From sequence record OR999189.1: 64,000 nucleotides of DNA. One strand, 5' to 3'. The position numbers and the translations under genes were made by a program. Positions within the stretch are counted from its first letter, which is position 1. Each line of letters opens with the position of its first letter. Of this stretch, positions 60,802 through 64,000 are shown piece by piece. The notes beneath the pieces were generated by a model. It did no database searches and had not been told where the DNA came from. It saw nothing but the letters and a program-made list of their open reading frames with translations. The DNA is from Enterobacteria phage P922.

Positions 60802-62500
60802 TTGTGTATTGACCAGATGAAATAGAACTCATAGATGCCATTTTTTCTGTCCAATCACCACCAACGTCCCAATCAACTGTCCCAGCAACTTTCCAAGAAA
60901 GATTTCCATTTACTGTATTAGTCTGATTTCCTTCAACTAAAGTGGTAGCATCTCCTTTAACTGTAATGTCAGCATTACCTTCGACTACAATAGTAACATT
61001 ACCTTTAACTAGGATAGTTCCATTACCTTCAACTGTCTTAGTTTCATCGCCACGGACAAATATTGTGTTGCTTCCATCTATTTGGTGAAGACGATTATCC
61101 ATGTTGTAGTAAATTTCTGATCCACCGACGTTAGTCTTTTTATCGCCGGCTACCAAAAAATTACCGTCAGCATTTGTTATATCATACAAATTATCAACAG
61201 TTTTTCTTGTTCTTCTTCCTGACGGTGATACTTCCTCATATGTTCCAGTCGGATGAACTAATCTGTATCGTTCTTGTCCAGGCGTATCATCAAATTCCTG
61301 AATATGACCGCTTTCAGTTTCCATTGTGTGAACATATGGATATTCACCTTTATATGAAGAAACAGGTTCTTTAAATAAAATTCTCGAATCATTCGGAATA
61401 GGAGGGTCAGCTGGATCAGAAGACTTTGCTACAGTAGCAGCCATTGCTGACAAAGACCTAGCTGGTGTTTTCACTTCAATACCATATGATTCCAAATTCC
61501 CTGTAAGAATAATCATGGTAACACGGGATGCACGGCCTTTTGTTTGTTGATACCACAATGAATCACGACCAGCTTTATATGCTTTTTCCCAATCTCCGGC
61601 TAACATAGCTGTTAACATTGTGTTAAATTTAGCTACACCGCCAACACCCATCTGAAATGCCATATTTTCTAATGCCATTTGACGGGAACGATTAACTGCT
61701 TGCCAAACTGGGCCAACTTTAGAATGTGATTTAATGTCACGTTGCATATCAGCCAAATCGCGTTCAAATAAAGTTACCGCTTCTTCCATTGTAATAGAAC
61801 CTGGATTTCCGGTAATTTCACGACCAACTTGTTTTGATAAAACTTTATTAATTTGAGTCATATCACGAACTGGCTGCTTCATGATAAGATGACCAATACC
61901 AATTGTCGGATATCCTTCAGTATCCCAATAAACTTTTAGTCTTAATCCTTCATCGCGGCGAAGCATTTCAGCCATTGACATATTTGGATTATCATCAGTT
62001 GGAATTTCTGATAGCGGTCTATCATCAGGATTTATCGCAGTATCTAGATTGCTATCTTGGATAATATTAGAAGACGAATCATATCCTACTTCTCCGCCTT
62101 GGTTTAATACGTTAGTATCATTTCCTAGACGTCTAGGATACTGTCCAGTTGGGTCAGAAAAGCCTTCAAGTCTATTAGGTTTTTCACGAACTATTCCGCC
62201 ATATGTGCCAAGGACAATTCCGTTAGTTTTCCATTTGTCTAAAAAATGACCATAAACTCTAGTTCCTTCTACTGGACCAGTAACGGAGCCTCCAATTCCA
62301 GACATTGCTGCAGAAGTTATAGGTTGAATAACTGACATCCATGGTAATTTATCGGTTGGAATACCCATTACGTCGCCTTGCGCTCTTTGAGGTGGATGCA
62401 GACCAACCACACGAACACGAACACGACCTAATTTTAATGGGTCCATTCTATCTTCAACAACACCAACAAACCAATTAAGGTTATTACTTATCATTTCCAT
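60773..62500 (-). CDS. 5: Baseplate central spike / tail lysozyme gp5, 575 aa
   Basis: T4-lysozyme-like segment (YWDTEGYPTIGIGHL) plus C-terminal VxGxxxxx beta-helix repeats. Confidence 0.95.
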   Translation of the reverse strand: MEMISNNLNWFVGVVEDRMDPLKLGRVRVRVVGLHPPQRAQGDVMGIPTDKLPWMSVIQPITSAAMSGIGGSVTGPVEGTRVYGHFLDKWKTNGIVLGTYGGIVREKPNRLEGFSDPTGQYPRRLGNDTNVLNQGGEVGYDSSSNIIQDSNLDTAINPDDRPLSEIPTDDNPNMSMAEMLRRDEGLRLKVYWDTEGYPTIGIGHLIMKQPVRDMTQINKVLSKQVGREITGNPGSITMEEAVTLFERDLADMQRDIKSHSKVGPVWQAVNRSRQMALENMAFQMGVGGVAKFNTMLTAMLAGDWEKAYKAGRDSLWYQQTKGRASRVTMIILTGNLESYGIEVKTPARSLSAMAATVAKSSDPADPPIPNDSRILFKEPVSSYKGEYPYVHTMETESGHIQEFDDTPGQERYRLVHPTGTYEEVSPSGRRTRKTVDNLYDITNADGNFLVAGDKKTNVGGSEIYYNMDNRLHQIDGSNTIFVRGDETKTVEGNGTILVKGNVTIVVEGNADITVKGDATTLVEGNQTNTVNGNLSWKVAGTVDWDVGGDWTEKMASMSSISSGQYTIDGSRIDIG

Positions 62501-63074
62501 AAGATTTCTCCATTATACGTATAAGGTCGTTCATAAATGAATTGATGTCTGATTTTGCTATTATTTTTATTTGACGAAGTTTTTCATTTTCAAGAACAGC
62601 AGCTTCATACGTATCGACCGCAGCAAGTGCTCCTTCATATTGAGGATATTTTCTAGCTTTATCGCCTTTGTCATACCAAACATATGGATTATCATCGTAT
62701 GATATTAAATTATAAAATTTTTCACCGTTTTCATTCACATGATATACTATTTGGTCTCCACCTACGTTTTTGTATTTTTGTATAGATGCTTGATAAGCAG
62801 CTTCTTGCGAAGTAATCCATCCATAATACGGATCATAATTATCATTACACATCAATAAAACCCAATACAACTGCGGATTTCCATATATAGCGTTTGCTAA
62901 TTCTTCCGGGCGTGGTGAACCTTTAATATAATAAGTACGTAAACGGTATCCCGCAAGAGCACGTTTGAAATAGTCTTTATAGTTTCTAAAAATATCTGTC
63001 ATAGGAATAGTCGGCGCGTTTTTATTCACCGTTTTGGCCGCATATTCAATCGGATCAAAAAATGTAAAGAGCAT
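62484..63074 (-). CDS. 53: Baseplate wedge protein gp53, 196 aa
   Basis: Length 196 aa and synteny. Confidence 0.9.
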   Translation of the reverse strand: MLFTFFDPIEYAAKTVNKNAPTIPMTDIFRNYKDYFKRALAGYRLRTYYIKGSPRPEELANAIYGNPQLYWVLLMCNDNYDPYYGWITSQEAAYQASIQKYKNVGGDQIVYHVNENGEKFYNLISYDDNPYVWYDKGDKARKYPQYEGALAAVDTYEAAVLENEKLRQIKIIAKSDINSFMNDLIRIMEKSYGNDK

Positions 63075-63121
63075 GGGCCCTCCTGTTTATAAATATATTA
63101 TCTATTTATAAGGAGAATCCA

Positions 63122-63574
63122 ATGGCATATTCTGGAAAATGGGTTCCTAAAAATATATCAAAATATAGAGGTGACCCTAAAAAAATTACGTATAGATCAA
63201 ATTGGGAAAAATTCTTTTTTGAATGGTTAGATAAAAATCCAGAAATTATTGCATGGGGTAGTGAAACAGCAGTAATTCCTTATTTTTGTAATGCAGAAGG
63301 GAAAAAACGTAGATACTTCATGGATATTTGGATGAAAGATTCTTCTGGACAAGAATTTTTTATTGAAATAAAACCTAAAAAAGAAACACAACCACCAGTT
63401 AAACCAGCACATCTAACAACTGCAGCGAAGAAAAGATTTATGAATGAAATTTATACATATTCAGTTAATACTGACAAATGGAAAGCAGCGCAATCTTTAG
63501 CTGAAAAGCGTGGAATAAAATTTAGAATTTTAACAGAAGATGGATTACGAGCTCTTGGCTTTAAGGGGGCATAA
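63122..63574 (+). CDS. 4: Head completion protein gp4, 150 aa
   Basis: Length 150 aa; divergent from 53 as in T4. Confidence 0.82.
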   Translation: MAYSGKWVPKNISKYRGDPKKITYRSNWEKFFFEWLDKNPEIIAWGSETAVIPYFCNAEGKKRRYFMDIWMKDSSGQEFFIEIKPKKETQPPVKPAHLTTAAKKRFMNEIYTYSVNTDKWKAAQSLAEKRGIKFRILTEDGLRALGFKGA

Positions 63575-64000
63575 TGGCTATTTTTCAAATAATTAATGAA
63601 AGCACTCCCCAAGTTCCAAAGGTTAAGCAATCATTAAACGAAAAGAAATGGATTCAGATAGGTCTTGAATACAAAAAGGCCAAAGCAAAAGGAATGACAG
63701 GAAAGAAATTTGCTGAAGAAAGAGGAATCAAATACTCTACGTTTACTTCGGCAATGTCAAAATATGCTTCAGGAATTAAAACGGCTGAAAAGATTCAAAA
63801 GCTTGAATCAAAACCAATGAATAAACTCAATAAGCAAGAAAGACAACTGCTTATGATAAATTCATTCAGGCAAACATTGCGTGATAAAATTCGTAATGAA
63901 GGTGCAGCAATTAATAATAAAACCAGAAAGTGGTTTGCTGAAACTATTAAGCAAGTAAAAGGACATAAAGTTGTTCGCCCGCAGCCGGGACGAATATATG
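63575..64000 (+). CDS. 2: DNA end-protector protein gp2, N-terminal part (3' end outside window)
   Basis: Position immediately downstream of gene 4 as in T4; assignment by synteny only. Confidence 0.6.

Overview
This window reads as a contiguous segment of a T4-like (T-even) lytic coliphage genome, with gene order, protein lengths and promoter types matching the T4 map from nrdB to gene 2. The plus strand (1 to 18.3 kb) carries early/middle genes: nrdB 3' end, denA, rnlA (63), alc, the pseT.3/pseT.2 spanin pair, pseT (Pnk), a cd.x small-ORF cluster, cd, 31, rIII, nine 30.x small ORFs, 30 (DNA ligase) and alt, followed by a second full-length alt paralog. Then come minus-strand late genes 54-48-29-28-27-51, plus-strand 26-25-uvsY, minus-strand uvsW.1-uvsW and a GIY-YIG endonuclease, plus-strand inh-hoc-24.3-24.2-rnlB, and a long minus-strand late block 24-23-22-21-68-67-20-19-(HNH endonuclease)-18-17-16-15-14-13-wac-12-11-10-9-8-7-6-5.4-5.1-5-53, ending with plus-strand 4 and the start of 2. 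Coding density is above 90 percent; I found no tRNA, rRNA, CRISPR array, integrase or obvious foreign island. Nothing here compels a call of an undescribed multi-gene system. The best candidates for a second look are the tandem Alt ADP-ribosyltransferase pair, a NADAR-like/HAD pair in the 30.x region, a free-standing GTG-initiated HNH endonuclease between genes 18 and 19, and repeated early-promoter/stem-loop cassettes. All identifications rest on reading the translations and motifs and on recalled T4 knowledge; no database search was run, and I cannot tell from sequence alone which small ORFs differ from the T4 reference.
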